Source: a virus (Duplodnaviria; Caudoviricetes). From it: DNA of 33,793 bases. This document shows positions 1 through 8,362 of this stretch, piece by piece. The notes beneath the pieces were generated by a model. The model had not been told where the DNA came from and searched no databases. It saw only the letters and a program-made list of their open reading frames with translations. Position 1 is the first letter of the stretch, and the number at the start of each line of letters is the position of its first letter. The DNA is taken from positions 1 through 33,793 of the IMG/VR virus record IMGVR_UViG_3300036975_000123; one strand, 5' to 3'. Both the position numbers and the translations under genes were made by a program.

Positions 1-216
1 CAGTCAAAAATATATGAGGATAAAGATGAAGCTGCTAGAGCTGTATCAGACTTTGAAGAAGAGCATAATTTAGTAGAGTTAAAACAAAACTTACGGGCTG
101 AGGGTAAAGCTACTAAATTTATTAATATGGAAATAAGAAAGCAGCTAGGTGCTGTTTTATGGAAGCAATATCAAGAGCTTAAAGATAAAAGGAAGGAGTT
201 GAATAGTAGTGACTGA
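1..216 (+). CDS. 3' end of a gene entering from outside the window, function unknown
   Basis: Frame 1 is open from base 1 to TGA at 214-216 (QSKIYEDKDEAAR...KRKELNSSD*) and overlaps the GTG start of the next gene. Confidence 0.7.
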   Translation, partial: QSKIYEDKDEAARAVSDFEEEHNLVELKQNLRAEGKATKFINMEIRKQLGAVLWKQYQELKDKRKELNSSD

Positions 217-481
217 GCATAAATGTATACAAACAGTAGTTATAAATGAATTAACTAATAGAATAATTGAACTTGAAAAAGCAGATATTAAAATACAAGC
301 TGAAGTTAAAAGTGTAAAGTCTGAAATTACGGCCCTTACTGAAAGTATAGATGAGATTAAATTACAGATGAGGGCTGGTTTTGATAGAATATCCAGCTTA
401 GTTTTTAAGTCTATGGCCGGAATAATAGGCATATTATTGACAGCTCTGGGAGTCTTAATATATAATTATCTTATAGTTTAA
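209..481 (+). CDS. XhlA/BhlA-like holin-type membrane protein
   Basis: Coiled-coil N-terminus, single C-terminal TM helix (MAGIIGILLTALGVLIYNYL), AGGAAGGAG RBS, upstream of the endolysin. Confidence 0.55.
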   Translation: MTEHKCIQTVVINELTNRIIELEKADIKIQAEVKSVKSEITALTESIDEIKLQMRAGFDRISSLVFKSMAGIIGILLTALGVLIYNYLIV

Positions 482-508
482 TAAAAAAGTTTACAACTCT
501 CTCTACAC

Positions 509-542
509 AAAAAAGTTCTGGAAATAATGCAGAACTTTTTTT
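509..542. terminator. Bidirectional intrinsic terminator
   Basis: AAAAAAGTTCTG-N9-CAGAACTTTTTTT. Confidence 0.7.
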
Positions 543-543
543 G

Positions 544-572
544 TTGACTATAAACTTAATTATCTATATTAT
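544..572 (+). promoter_or_regulatory. sigmaA-type promoter
   Basis: TTGACT-17 nt-TATTAT directly after a terminator. Confidence 0.55.
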
Positions 573-646
573 ATATGTGTAATTAAATTCTTACTCTAGT
601 AATATTGATTTTTTCTTACCAAGCTGTGATTTATTTCAAAAATTCA

Positions 647-675
647 TTGACTATGTGGTTATAGAGTGATATTCT
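647..675 (+). promoter_or_regulatory. sigmaA-type promoter overlapped by an inverted repeat
   Basis: TTGACT-17 nt-TATTCT with TG extension; GTGGTTATAGA/TCTATAACCAC inverted repeat covers it. Confidence 0.45.
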
Positions 676-723
676 ATAACCACTGAATTCTTTTTTTTAA
701 ATTAAAGAAAGGTGGATTAAATA

Positions 724-1107
724 GTGGATATTAATATTATTGTATCTATTGGAGTATTTTTAGCTATTGGAGCTTATCACATATTGTCTGATTATTTTCA
801 AAAAAAGAAAGCAATTAATATTAAAGAAGATATTTTTACACTTGAAGACCGCTTAAAAGCAGCAAATAAATTAGCTTTAGAAACTATACAATATGAGGAA
901 ATAATACAAGATAAGATATCTAAAACTATAGAAGCAGCAGTTCTTAAATGTACTTTAACAAGTGAAGAAAAGCATCAAGTTCTTGAAAGTATTAATAATT
1001 TTCAAAAAGGTAATATAACTGCTGAAGAAATTTATAATAATTTAGAAAGAGATACTGAAGAACCTATATACGACATGTTTAGTCTACATCGAAAACTACG
1101 TAAATAA
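724..1107 (+). CDS. N-terminally membrane-anchored protein, possible holin
   Basis: N-terminal hydrophobic helix, AAAGGTGG RBS, immediately before the endolysin. Confidence 0.4.
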   Translation: MDINIIVSIGVFLAIGAYHILSDYFQKKKAINIKEDIFTLEDRLKAANKLALETIQYEEIIQDKISKTIEAAVLKCTLTSEEKHQVLESINNFQKGNITAEEIYNNLERDTEEPIYDMFSLHRKLRK

Positions 1108-1138
1108 GATATCACTCCTTAAAAAAGGAGGTTATAAT

Positions 1139-1816
1139 ATGAATTCAGTATACATAAGTCCTTCAACTCAAGAACACAACATTGGCGCAGATAATTACAC
1201 ATCAGAGGAAAGAAGATGTAATCAAATAGCTGACATTACTATACCTATACTTAAAAAACATGGCGTATTAGTGTATAGAAATAAGCCTACTATGTCATTA
1301 ACACAAGTAGTCTCTGATTCAAATAGTAAAAAGCCAGAAGTGCATTTTGCAATTCATACAAATGCTTTAAACAGGAAAATTAGAGGTTGCGAATGTTTTT
1401 GTCATAGGTATGGCGGGGAAGGCGAGAAATTAGCTAGAGCAGTATATAGTAGAATAGCAAAATTAACTCCTACTAGTGATAGGGGAGTTAAAGAAGGCTA
1501 TAAGTTCTATAATGGAAAGCCTATGTATGAGACTTGCTATACGAATGCGCCAGCTGCTTTAATTGAGATTGCATTTCATGATAATCCAGAGGATGCTAAA
1601 TGGATTATAAATAACATTGAAAAAATTGGTATTGCTATAGCTAAAGGTATACTCGATTACTTTAGCGTTAAATACCAAGAAGCAAATGAAATTAATGAAA
1701 AATATTACAGGGTTATATCTGGTTCTTTTAAAAATAAAGATAATGCTGAAAACCAGATAAAAAGACTTAAAAAAGCAGGATTTGATTCTTTTATTAGTTT
1801 ATATGAAAGGAAGTGA
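1139..1816 (+). CDS. Endolysin: N-acetylmuramoyl-L-alanine amidase (Amidase_3) with C-terminal SPOR domain
   Basis: Motifs E..CNQIA, AIHTNA, ALIEIAFHDN..DA; SPOR-like YYRVISGSFKNKDNAE...LKKAGFDSFI. Confidence 0.9.
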   Translation: MNSVYISPSTQEHNIGADNYTSEERRCNQIADITIPILKKHGVLVYRNKPTMSLTQVVSDSNSKKPEVHFAIHTNALNRKIRGCECFCHRYGGEGEKLARAVYSRIAKLTPTSDRGVKEGYKFYNGKPMYETCYTNAPAALIEIAFHDNPEDAKWIINNIEKIGIAIAKGILDYFSVKYQEANEINEKYYRVISGSFKNKDNAENQIKRLKKAGFDSFISLYERK

Positions 1817-1823
1817 CAAGTAG

Positions 1824-2108
1824 ATGTTAACATCTATAAAATCGAATTATGATAGCCTCATAGAAATGCTTAATATTACAAAGCGAGGTAACTCAGTAGG
1901 GTTAAATTTTTCGGATTTATTGCTAAAAAAATTCGGAATTAAAAGGCCTAAACCTGGAAAACCTGCTGTAAATTTAGGAAAAATGGGGTTTTTCATAAAA
2001 TGTGACCGTACAGGCCAGACATTCTTAGCAATTGCTAAGATAGAAGAGCCTGAACTAGACCAGGATGAAGAGCCTGAACTAGACCAGGATGAAGAGCTCG
2101 AAGGGTAA
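1824..2108 (+). CDS. Hypothetical protein with acidic repeated tail
   Basis: ORF with AAGGAAG RBS; tail EEPELDQD x2. Confidence 0.55.
   Translation: MLTSIKSNYDSLIEMLNITKRGNSVGLNFSDLLLKKFGIKRPKPGKPAVNLGKMGFFIKCDRTGQTFLAIAKIEEPELDQDEEPELDQDEELEG
2043..2097 (+). repeat. 24-bp tandem duplication
   Basis: GAAGAGCCTGAACTAGACCAGGAT x2 plus GAAGAGC. Confidence 0.95.
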
Positions 2109-2370
2109 CACATACTATACAGTATTGTATGATATGTGGGGTATAAATAAAAATATATTAAATGCACTTGTAGTTTTTGGCTTTCAACAATCATACACCG
2201 CTTTTGAAGCTAAAAAGCTACAAGGTATAATATATTTTTCAAGTAAAAAAAAGTACGAAGATTTAGTAAGAATTTTCCGTCACAGATATCCTATGACGGT
2301 AATACACCCGGGAAAATTAAAAGGAAAGGAATTAGCCAATGAACTTAAAAATTTCAGTAGAGATAGCTGA
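2089..2370 (+). CDS. Hypothetical protein
   Basis: ORF fills the gap in a tightly packed + strand operon; start uncertain. Confidence 0.5.
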   Translation: MKSSKGNTYYTVLYDMWGINKNILNALVVFGFQQSYTAFEAKKLQGIIYFSSKKKYEDLVRIFRHRYPMTVIHPGKLKGKELANELKNFSRDS

Positions 2371-2872
2371 AGCTTCTCAGGAACAAATTAATAGTTTATA
2401 TGATTTAATGGGTAATTTATTACAGGCTGGTACACTTAAAGAAACAATAGAACCAAGACTGGATGACCCTATTAAGAAAGAAACTAAAACAAATAGTAAA
2501 GCTGAAAAAAAAACAAAGGAGAAGAAAAAAGATAAAATAGACCTCTCTGATGTAATGAAAGTTAACCTAGAAATAATAGATACTTTTAGTGAAGAAGAGT
2601 CTGACGAAATATTAAAAAACTGCTGTGACTTAGCTAAAGTTAAAAAAATTAATGAAATTAAAGATGATGAGGCTAAATGTGAATTTTGTTATTATCATTT
2701 TAAATTAATACTAAAAGAGCAAGAAATCATAGATACCTATGAAGAAGATGATGCTGAAAATATTCTTGAAGATGTTTGCAAAAAACTAAAAACAAAAGAT
2801 TTAGCTGACTTATCTAAAACTAATAGTTGTCTAAAAGCAATTGAGCTTTTAGATAAAGAATTAAATGAGTAG
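2339..2872 (+). CDS. Hypothetical charged protein preceding the DUF2800 gene
   Basis: 177 aa ORF with AGGAAAGGA RBS; usual position of a poorly conserved gene in this replication module. Confidence 0.7.
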   Translation: MNLKISVEIAEASQEQINSLYDLMGNLLQAGTLKETIEPRLDDPIKKETKTNSKAEKKTKEKKKDKIDLSDVMKVNLEIIDTFSEEESDEILKNCCDLAKVKKINEIKDDEAKCEFCYYHFKLILKEQEIIDTYEEDDAENILEDVCKKLKTKDLADLSKTNSCLKAIELLDKELNE

Positions 2873-3554
2873 AGAACACTCAGAGTTATCGCCAAGTGCA
2901 GCGAACAGATGGATGGAATGTACAAATAGCTATATGTTTACTAAAGATATACCTGTAATAGAGTCCAAATATGCTAAAGAAGGTACATTAGCGCATAATT
3001 GCTTAGAATGTATAATGGCAAACGTTGTTATACATGCTGACTACATGGCAAATGATATGTTTAATCACGAAATGTTAGAATATACATACCAATGTGCTAA
3101 CTATTTAAATAAGCTTAAAAAAAATTGTGATTTATTTTTAATAGAGAGAAAAGTTAATATAAAACCAATTCAAGGATTTGGTTTTATAGACTATTTAGTT
3201 TTAAAGGATGATATCCTTCATGTAATTGATTTAAAGTACGGAAAAAGCCGGGTTAAGGCTGAAAACAATACTCAGTTAAAGCTCTATGCGTATGGCGCAT
3301 ATAAATTATTAGAACCTTTAGCTGATATAAACAGGATAGAATTACACATAATGCAACCCCGCGTAAATAAGAATGGAAATTTTACCTCATGGGTTGTTCC
3401 AATTAAAACTCTTTTAGAGTGGGCTGAATATATTGTAAGCAGTAAAGCCCAAACAGCTTTTAGTGGAAATGGTATATTTAAACCTGGTAATTGGTGCTTT
3501 TTCTGTCCTGGACGAGATAAGTGCACCCATCTAATAGTAAAAGATTTTGAATAG
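2865..3554 (+). CDS. DUF2800 Cas4-like PD-(D/E)XK exonuclease
   Basis: HSELSPSAANRWMEC, EGTLAH, GFIDYL..VIDLKYG, NTQLKLYAYGA, IMQPR, PGNWCFFCP...C. Confidence 0.85.
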   Translation: MSREHSELSPSAANRWMECTNSYMFTKDIPVIESKYAKEGTLAHNCLECIMANVVIHADYMANDMFNHEMLEYTYQCANYLNKLKKNCDLFLIERKVNIKPIQGFGFIDYLVLKDDILHVIDLKYGKSRVKAENNTQLKLYAYGAYKLLEPLADINRIELHIMQPRVNKNGNFTSWVVPIKTLLEWAEYIVSSKAQTAFSGNGIFKPGNWCFFCPGRDKCTHLIVKDFE

Positions 3555-3607
3555 ATAGATAATAAAAGATACACACCTGTAAATAAAATTTACAGGAGGA
3601 CTATTAG

Positions 3608-4213
3608 ATGGTTCATAAAGTAGTAACAGGAGTTTGTAGGTTAGTGTATGTAAGAGGTCTTAAAGAGAAGTCTGCGCCTCCGGGCTCAGATAGATTGAGA
3701 TTTAACGTAAATGTAGTCATAGATAAAGATGATTCATATACGTTAAGGCAGTTAGAAGAGGCGTTTGATAATGCAAAAAAGGAAGGTAGAGAAAAACTTT
3801 GGGCGAATAAGGCACCGGTTTCATTGAAATTTGAAAATTTTATAAGAGATAGGTCTGAGGAAAATGATCATGAAATCTGGGAAAATAGTTATGCTATAGT
3901 TCCAAAAACAGATTATGATGTAAAAGTCATAGACCATAATAAAGAGCCTGTAAGTGTTGATAAATGCTATGATGGTATGAATGCAAGGGTTAGTATAACT
4001 CTGTATCCATATAAGCATGAAACAGGTGGTAAAGGTATAGGTATATTTTTGAATGGAATACAAATGTTACCTGGTGGAGATGAGATTGAAATTGTTTATG
4101 ACATATCTAAAGACTTTGATGATGATTATGAATCTGATTATAATACGACTGATAATAAAGAGCCTGAACCTGAAGAGAAAACTGAAAGAAAGAAAAGACG
4201 GAGAAGAAGATAG
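3608..4213 (+). CDS. DUF2815 single-stranded DNA-binding protein (T7 gp2.5-like)
   Basis: VVTGVCRLVY, CYDGMNARVSI, GKGIGIFLNGIQ; lies between DUF2800 and PolA. Confidence 0.8.
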   Translation: MVHKVVTGVCRLVYVRGLKEKSAPPGSDRLRFNVNVVIDKDDSYTLRQLEEAFDNAKKEGREKLWANKAPVSLKFENFIRDRSEENDHEIWENSYAIVPKTDYDVKVIDHNKEPVSVDKCYDGMNARVSITLYPYKHETGGKGIGIFLNGIQMLPGGDEIEIVYDISKDFDDDYESDYNTTDNKEPEPEEKTERKKRRRRR

Positions 4214-6091
4214 ATGGATAAGTTGCATATTGATATTGAAACATACAGCTCTAGAGTACTTAAGACTGTTGGTGTACATAAATACGCCAGCAGTCCTGAT
4301 TTTAAGATACAACTTTTAGGGTATGCTTTTAATGATGAGCCTATTAAGTGCTTAGATTTAGAGAATAATGATTATATCCCGGCAAGATTAGAAAGAGCAT
4401 TAAGTGACCCCTATGTGCTAAAGCTTGCTCATAATGCTAATTTTGAAATTGTATGTCTTTCAAAATTATTTGATATTGATTATACTCAGTGGAATTGTAC
4501 TATGGTCAAAGCTTACAGTATGGGGCTACCTGGTAAACTAGAAAAAGCTCTTGAAGTTATAGACGCCCCTATACAAAAACTGGACACTAAAGGAGTTCAA
4601 TTTTTTAGTAAACCATATAAAGGTAATAAGAGAGACCCTGCTAAGTATCCTGATAGGTGGGAGAAATATATAGTATATAATAAAGTAGATGTAGCGGCTG
4701 AACGCTACTTAGATGCCTGGATGGATAAAAAGGGCTGTAAGGTAAATTGGAAATTATGGCATTTAGACCACAAAATTAATCAAAATGGAGTTAGAATAGA
4801 CAAAAAGTTTTGTATTAACATAATTAACCTTGAAAATAATCATAAAGAAAAACAAATGCAAAAAGCTAAAAAAATAACTGGCCTTGAAAATCCAAATTCA
4901 CTTTCTAAGCTTAAAGGATGGCTGGCTACTCAGGGCTTAGTAACAGAAAGCTTAAATGCTGAAAAAGTTAATGAGTTATTAGAAGACAGCACTGTTTCTA
5001 ATACTATTAAGGAAGTACTTTTAATTAGAAAAAGTACTGGAAATACTTCTACAGCTAAATTTAATAGTATGCTTAATCGGCAAATTAATGGTACCATATA
5101 CGGCCTTATGAAATTTTATGGGGCTCATACAGGTAGATGGTCATCAAATGCCGTACAGCTCCATAATTTACCTAGAATGACCATAAATAATGAGACTATT
5201 AAAATAGTTAAAGAATTAGTTTATCGAAGTGTTGACCCACGAAAATACTATGACCAAAATATATTAAAGCAAATGCTCCGGCCAACTTTAATATCTAAAA
5301 GTGAATATAAGGTTGCTGACTTCTCGGCTATTGAAGCCAGAGTATTAGCCTGGATTGCTAATGAAAGATGGGTTAATGAGGTATTTAGAACTCATGGGAT
5401 GATTTACGAAGCCCAAGCGGCTTCTATGTACGGCTTAAATTGTAGTATGGAATATATTGATGGAGAACTCAGAAAAAAAGGTAAAGTAGCTACTTTAAGC
5501 CTAGGATACCAAGGTGGAATAAATGCCCTTTTTAATATGGGATACGAAGGTACTAATGAAGAAGCAGAAGAAATAAAGGATAAATATCGAAAAGCCAATC
5601 CGAATATAGTTAGCTTCTGGTATTGGCTAAATAATAGTGTTATAAAAGTTATAAAAGAAGGATGCCGAATTTCAGGCTATAGATTAGTTATAACTAGGGA
5701 TAATGACTTTTTGAAAATACGATTACCTTCTAAAAGAGTACTTAGGTACTTTAAGCCACACGTAAGAAAAAATGATTGGGGCAAACCTTGTCCAGCCTAT
5801 TTGGGTTATTTAAATGACCCTAAAAAAGCTAAGGTATGGACTTCGGTCGCTACATTTGGTGGCCGCCTTACAGAAAATATAGTACAAGCCATTGCTAGAG
5901 ATATACTAGCTGTGGCACTATGGAGAGTTAAGAATTATGGACAAATAATCTTTCATGTCCATGATGAAATAATTATGGAGGATATAGAACTAGATCATTT
6001 AATTCATATAATGGAGCAGCCCGTTAGTTGGGCTGATGGCTTAGTTTTAAAAGCTAGTGGATATACTAGCAAATATTTTAAAAAGGATTGA
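4214..6091 (+). CDS. Phage family-A DNA polymerase (3'-5' exonuclease plus polymerase)
   Basis: Exo DIETYS and AHNANFE; TGRWSS..VQLHNLPR; motif A DFSAIEARVLAW; motif B RKKGKVATLSLGYQGG; ENIVQAIARD; motif C HVHDEI. Confidence 0.95.
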   Translation: MDKLHIDIETYSSRVLKTVGVHKYASSPDFKIQLLGYAFNDEPIKCLDLENNDYIPARLERALSDPYVLKLAHNANFEIVCLSKLFDIDYTQWNCTMVKAYSMGLPGKLEKALEVIDAPIQKLDTKGVQFFSKPYKGNKRDPAKYPDRWEKYIVYNKVDVAAERYLDAWMDKKGCKVNWKLWHLDHKINQNGVRIDKKFCINIINLENNHKEKQMQKAKKITGLENPNSLSKLKGWLATQGLVTESLNAEKVNELLEDSTVSNTIKEVLLIRKSTGNTSTAKFNSMLNRQINGTIYGLMKFYGAHTGRWSSNAVQLHNLPRMTINNETIKIVKELVYRSVDPRKYYDQNILKQMLRPTLISKSEYKVADFSAIEARVLAWIANERWVNEVFRTHGMIYEAQAASMYGLNCSMEYIDGELRKKGKVATLSLGYQGGINALFNMGYEGTNEEAEEIKDKYRKANPNIVSFWYWLNNSVIKVIKEGCRISGYRLVITRDNDFLKIRLPSKRVLRYFKPHVRKNDWGKPCPAYLGYLNDPKKAKVWTSVATFGGRLTENIVQAIARDILAVALWRVKNYGQIIFHVHDEIIMEDIELDHLIHIMEQPVSWADGLVLKASGYTSKYFKKD

Positions 6092-6097
6092 TGGCAA

Positions 6098-6445
6098 ATG
6101 GAGAATAAATACTTATTATTGCATTATGAACGAAGTTTAAATGGCTTTTTAATGTTCTGGAACCAAAATTGTCATGGCTATACAGACTGTTTAGGTAAAG
6201 CTGGCTTATTTTCAAAACAACAACTTAAAAAAATAAATTTTGATTATAAAAAAACAATACCTATTAAACCGAATGAAATAGGTATAACTATGGAAGATGT
6301 AGAGAGAGCCCAGTATTTTAAAGATAAAGAACTTAAAGTTGTACTTTGGAATGAATCAGATTTAAAAGGCCAGCGTTTAATTGAAGCTGTAAGTGACTTA
6401 TTTAAAGAAAGGACTGAGAGAAATAATAAATTATTTTATGAATGA
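6098..6445 (+). CDS. Hypothetical phage protein
   Basis: ORF with RBS; FWNQNCHGYTDCLGKAGLFS resembles small phage accessory proteins. Confidence 0.65.
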   Translation: MENKYLLLHYERSLNGFLMFWNQNCHGYTDCLGKAGLFSKQQLKKINFDYKKTIPIKPNEIGITMEDVERAQYFKDKELKVVLWNESDLKGQRLIEAVSDLFKERTERNNKLFYE

Positions 6446-6569
6446 ATTTTATTCAGGTATACATATATATTTCTATATAATAAGTATAGCTTTTATAATT
6501 GCTATACATAAATGGAGAATGAGAGATTTAAGGAGAATGATATGGATAAGTATGGTAAAGAAGAAATAG
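6438..6569 (+). CDS. Small single-TM protein (43 aa, not in ORF track)
   Basis: MNEFYSGIHIYFYIISIAFIIAIHKWRMRDLRRMIWISMVKKK*; start overlaps the previous gene end. Confidence 0.45.
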   Translation: MNEFYSGIHIYFYIISIAFIIAIHKWRMRDLRRMIWISMVKKK

Positions 6570-6796
6570 ATTTTATACATGAAAATCTTTGTAATACAGA
6601 CATAAAGCAAAAATTTACGGCATTAAAAAAGCAGCTTATAGATGAGCATATTCCTGATGAAATTATTTTAAAAGGTATTGATATGCTGCTAGAAGTAGTA
6701 GCTGATAGAGAGGGCTTAATGTATGGTCAAAGCAATAAATGGATGAGGCTTAATGCAATCCATATGTTTTTAAAGGAGGCAATTAATGGAAAATAA
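6542..6796 (+). CDS. Hypothetical protein
   Basis: AAGGAG RBS favours ATG 6542 over 6512. Confidence 0.65.
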   Translation: MDKYGKEEIDFIHENLCNTDIKQKFTALKKQLIDEHIPDEIILKGIDMLLEVVADREGLMYGQSNKWMRLNAIHMFLKEAINGK

Positions 6797-7094
6797 TAAT
6801 AACCAAAAAAATTTTACTTTTTCACTAACTTATAATATAAAGACAAATTCATTTGAAACTAAGCTATATCACCAGGAGATGCAGTATGTAGACCTTATAA
6901 GGGCCATTGCTGCTATGAAAATAAAAGCTGGTGATATAGCTAATATGATGGTAGATAAGCTACTTAATGATAAACAAAAAGCCGATCCTAAAGAAGTTGA
7001 CTTGGCTTTTGCAGCTATATCAAAAGATATAATGGACTATATGCAATATATACTATCGGGGGAGAATACAAATGTACAACGAGATAAAAGTTAA
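6786..7094 (+). CDS. Hypothetical protein
   Basis: AAGGAGG RBS; overlaps neighbouring genes. Confidence 0.7.
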   Translation: MENNNNQKNFTFSLTYNIKTNSFETKLYHQEMQYVDLIRAIAAMKIKAGDIANMMVDKLLNDKQKADPKEVDLAFAAISKDIMDYMQYILSGENTNVQRDKS

Positions 7095-7329
7095 TTTCAC
7101 TAGAAAAAAACCCATAATTAAATCTAATCTAAAAAAACTTAGAAAATTTAGAGGTTTTAGTCAGGAAGAAATGGGAGACTTAATAGGCATAAAATTTTAT
7201 GCTTATAGAACTAGGTATGAAGTTTCCTGCAAAAAAATGCCACCTAAAGAAATAAGAGAAAAATTCGCAGAAAAGTTAGGTTTTAGCCAGGAGGAAATCT
7301 GGCCGACCTTAAAGAAGGGAGAAAATTAA
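7072..7329 (+). CDS. XRE/Cro-family helix-turn-helix regulator
   Basis: NLKKLRKFRGFSQEEMGDLIGI...YE.....P......FAEKLG...EEIW. Confidence 0.85.
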   Translation: MYNEIKVNFTRKKPIIKSNLKKLRKFRGFSQEEMGDLIGIKFYAYRTRYEVSCKKMPPKEIREKFAEKLGFSQEEIWPTLKKGEN

Positions 7330-7668
7330 ATGAGAATAGAATTTAATTTTGACAAAGATGTAAACATAATTGAAATAAGAAAACTACTTTTAAATTTAGA
7401 CAAAGAAACTTTAGCTAAATTAGTAGTAAAATTTAAACTATATTCAACAGCAGGAGAACTAACTTTAGAAGAAATTGTAGGCAAAAATAATTCTAAAAAA
7501 TTGTTACAAAAAGTATATAAGGAGACGGCTGCTCATATAGTTAAACATGTTAAAGAAAGCTGTGCTGAAATAGAAAATTTGTATAATAAACAATTTAACT
7601 CATCTGAAAAAACATCTGATAAAATATTTGATGATTTATTCAATAATTTAATGAAAGGAGATCTATAA
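7330..7668 (+). CDS. Hypothetical protein
   Basis: ORF with GGGAG RBS. Confidence 0.65.
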   Translation: MRIEFNFDKDVNIIEIRKLLLNLDKETLAKLVVKFKLYSTAGELTLEEIVGKNNSKKLLQKVYKETAAHIVKHVKESCAEIENLYNKQFNSSEKTSDKIFDDLFNNLMKGDL

Positions 7669-8126
7669 TGGGTCTTAAAAAAAGAGATTTAAATACACTA
7701 AAAAATTTAGAAGATAATAATTTAAATAAAGCTTTTTTAGACTTATCAAAATTTAAAGAACCTAATATACAAAAATGTATTGAATTCTTAAATGAAAAAG
7801 ACATGGATAGCCTTTCATCTGAAGAAGCTCTTTACAATACCGCAATTATAAACAATCTAATAGAATTGCAGCTGCGAAAAGACATACCCGAACTTACTGA
7901 TAAATATAATCGCATAAGCTACTTTAGTATAGTTAACATGAGTCTGGTAGTAATAATATCTAATATAATAGATATATTTTTAATACCTAATTTATTTTAT
8001 ATAATATCTATAATTGGACTTGACATATTCATTATAGTAAATTTAATAAAATTATATTTTATTAATAAAAGTATTAATGTTATATCTGGAGTATTAGAAA
8101 TAATTAAAAATAGGAAAGGAGCATAA
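7668..8126 (+). CDS. Membrane protein with two C-terminal TM helices
   Basis: AAGGAG RBS; two long hydrophobic segments. Confidence 0.65.
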   Translation: MGLKKRDLNTLKNLEDNNLNKAFLDLSKFKEPNIQKCIEFLNEKDMDSLSSEEALYNTAIINNLIELQLRKDIPELTDKYNRISYFSIVNMSLVVIISNIIDIFLIPNLFYIISIIGLDIFIIVNLIKLYFINKSINVISGVLEIIKNRKGA

Positions 8127-8128
8127 AA

Positions 8129-8317
8129 TTGATTAAAAAACAGAGTATATTTACCTGTATACAAAAACTAAATATAAAAGCCAAAGCAGCTGAAAAAAAA
8201 GAAAAAGCCGGAGAAGATGACCTTAATTTATATTTTTCATGTATGCAATACTTAAAACAGCTTAAAGATATTTTAAATACTAATGAGGAAATAAGAGCTA
8301 TAAATAATAAAAAATAA
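8129..8317 (+). CDS. Hypothetical protein
   Basis: TTG start behind AAAGGAG. Confidence 0.55.
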   Translation: MIKKQSIFTCIQKLNIKAKAAEKKEKAGEDDLNLYFSCMQYLKQLKDILNTNEEIRAINNKK

Positions 8318-8362
8318 AATAAATCACACCTGCCTCAAATAATAAGAATGGAGGGCAGAGAT

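Noticed and set aside
2865-3554. CRISPR-associated Cas4 or CRISPR array
   Set aside because: This is the DUF2800 nuclease in its standard DUF2800-DUF2815-PolA context. No repeat-spacer array with constant short spacers was seen anywhere.
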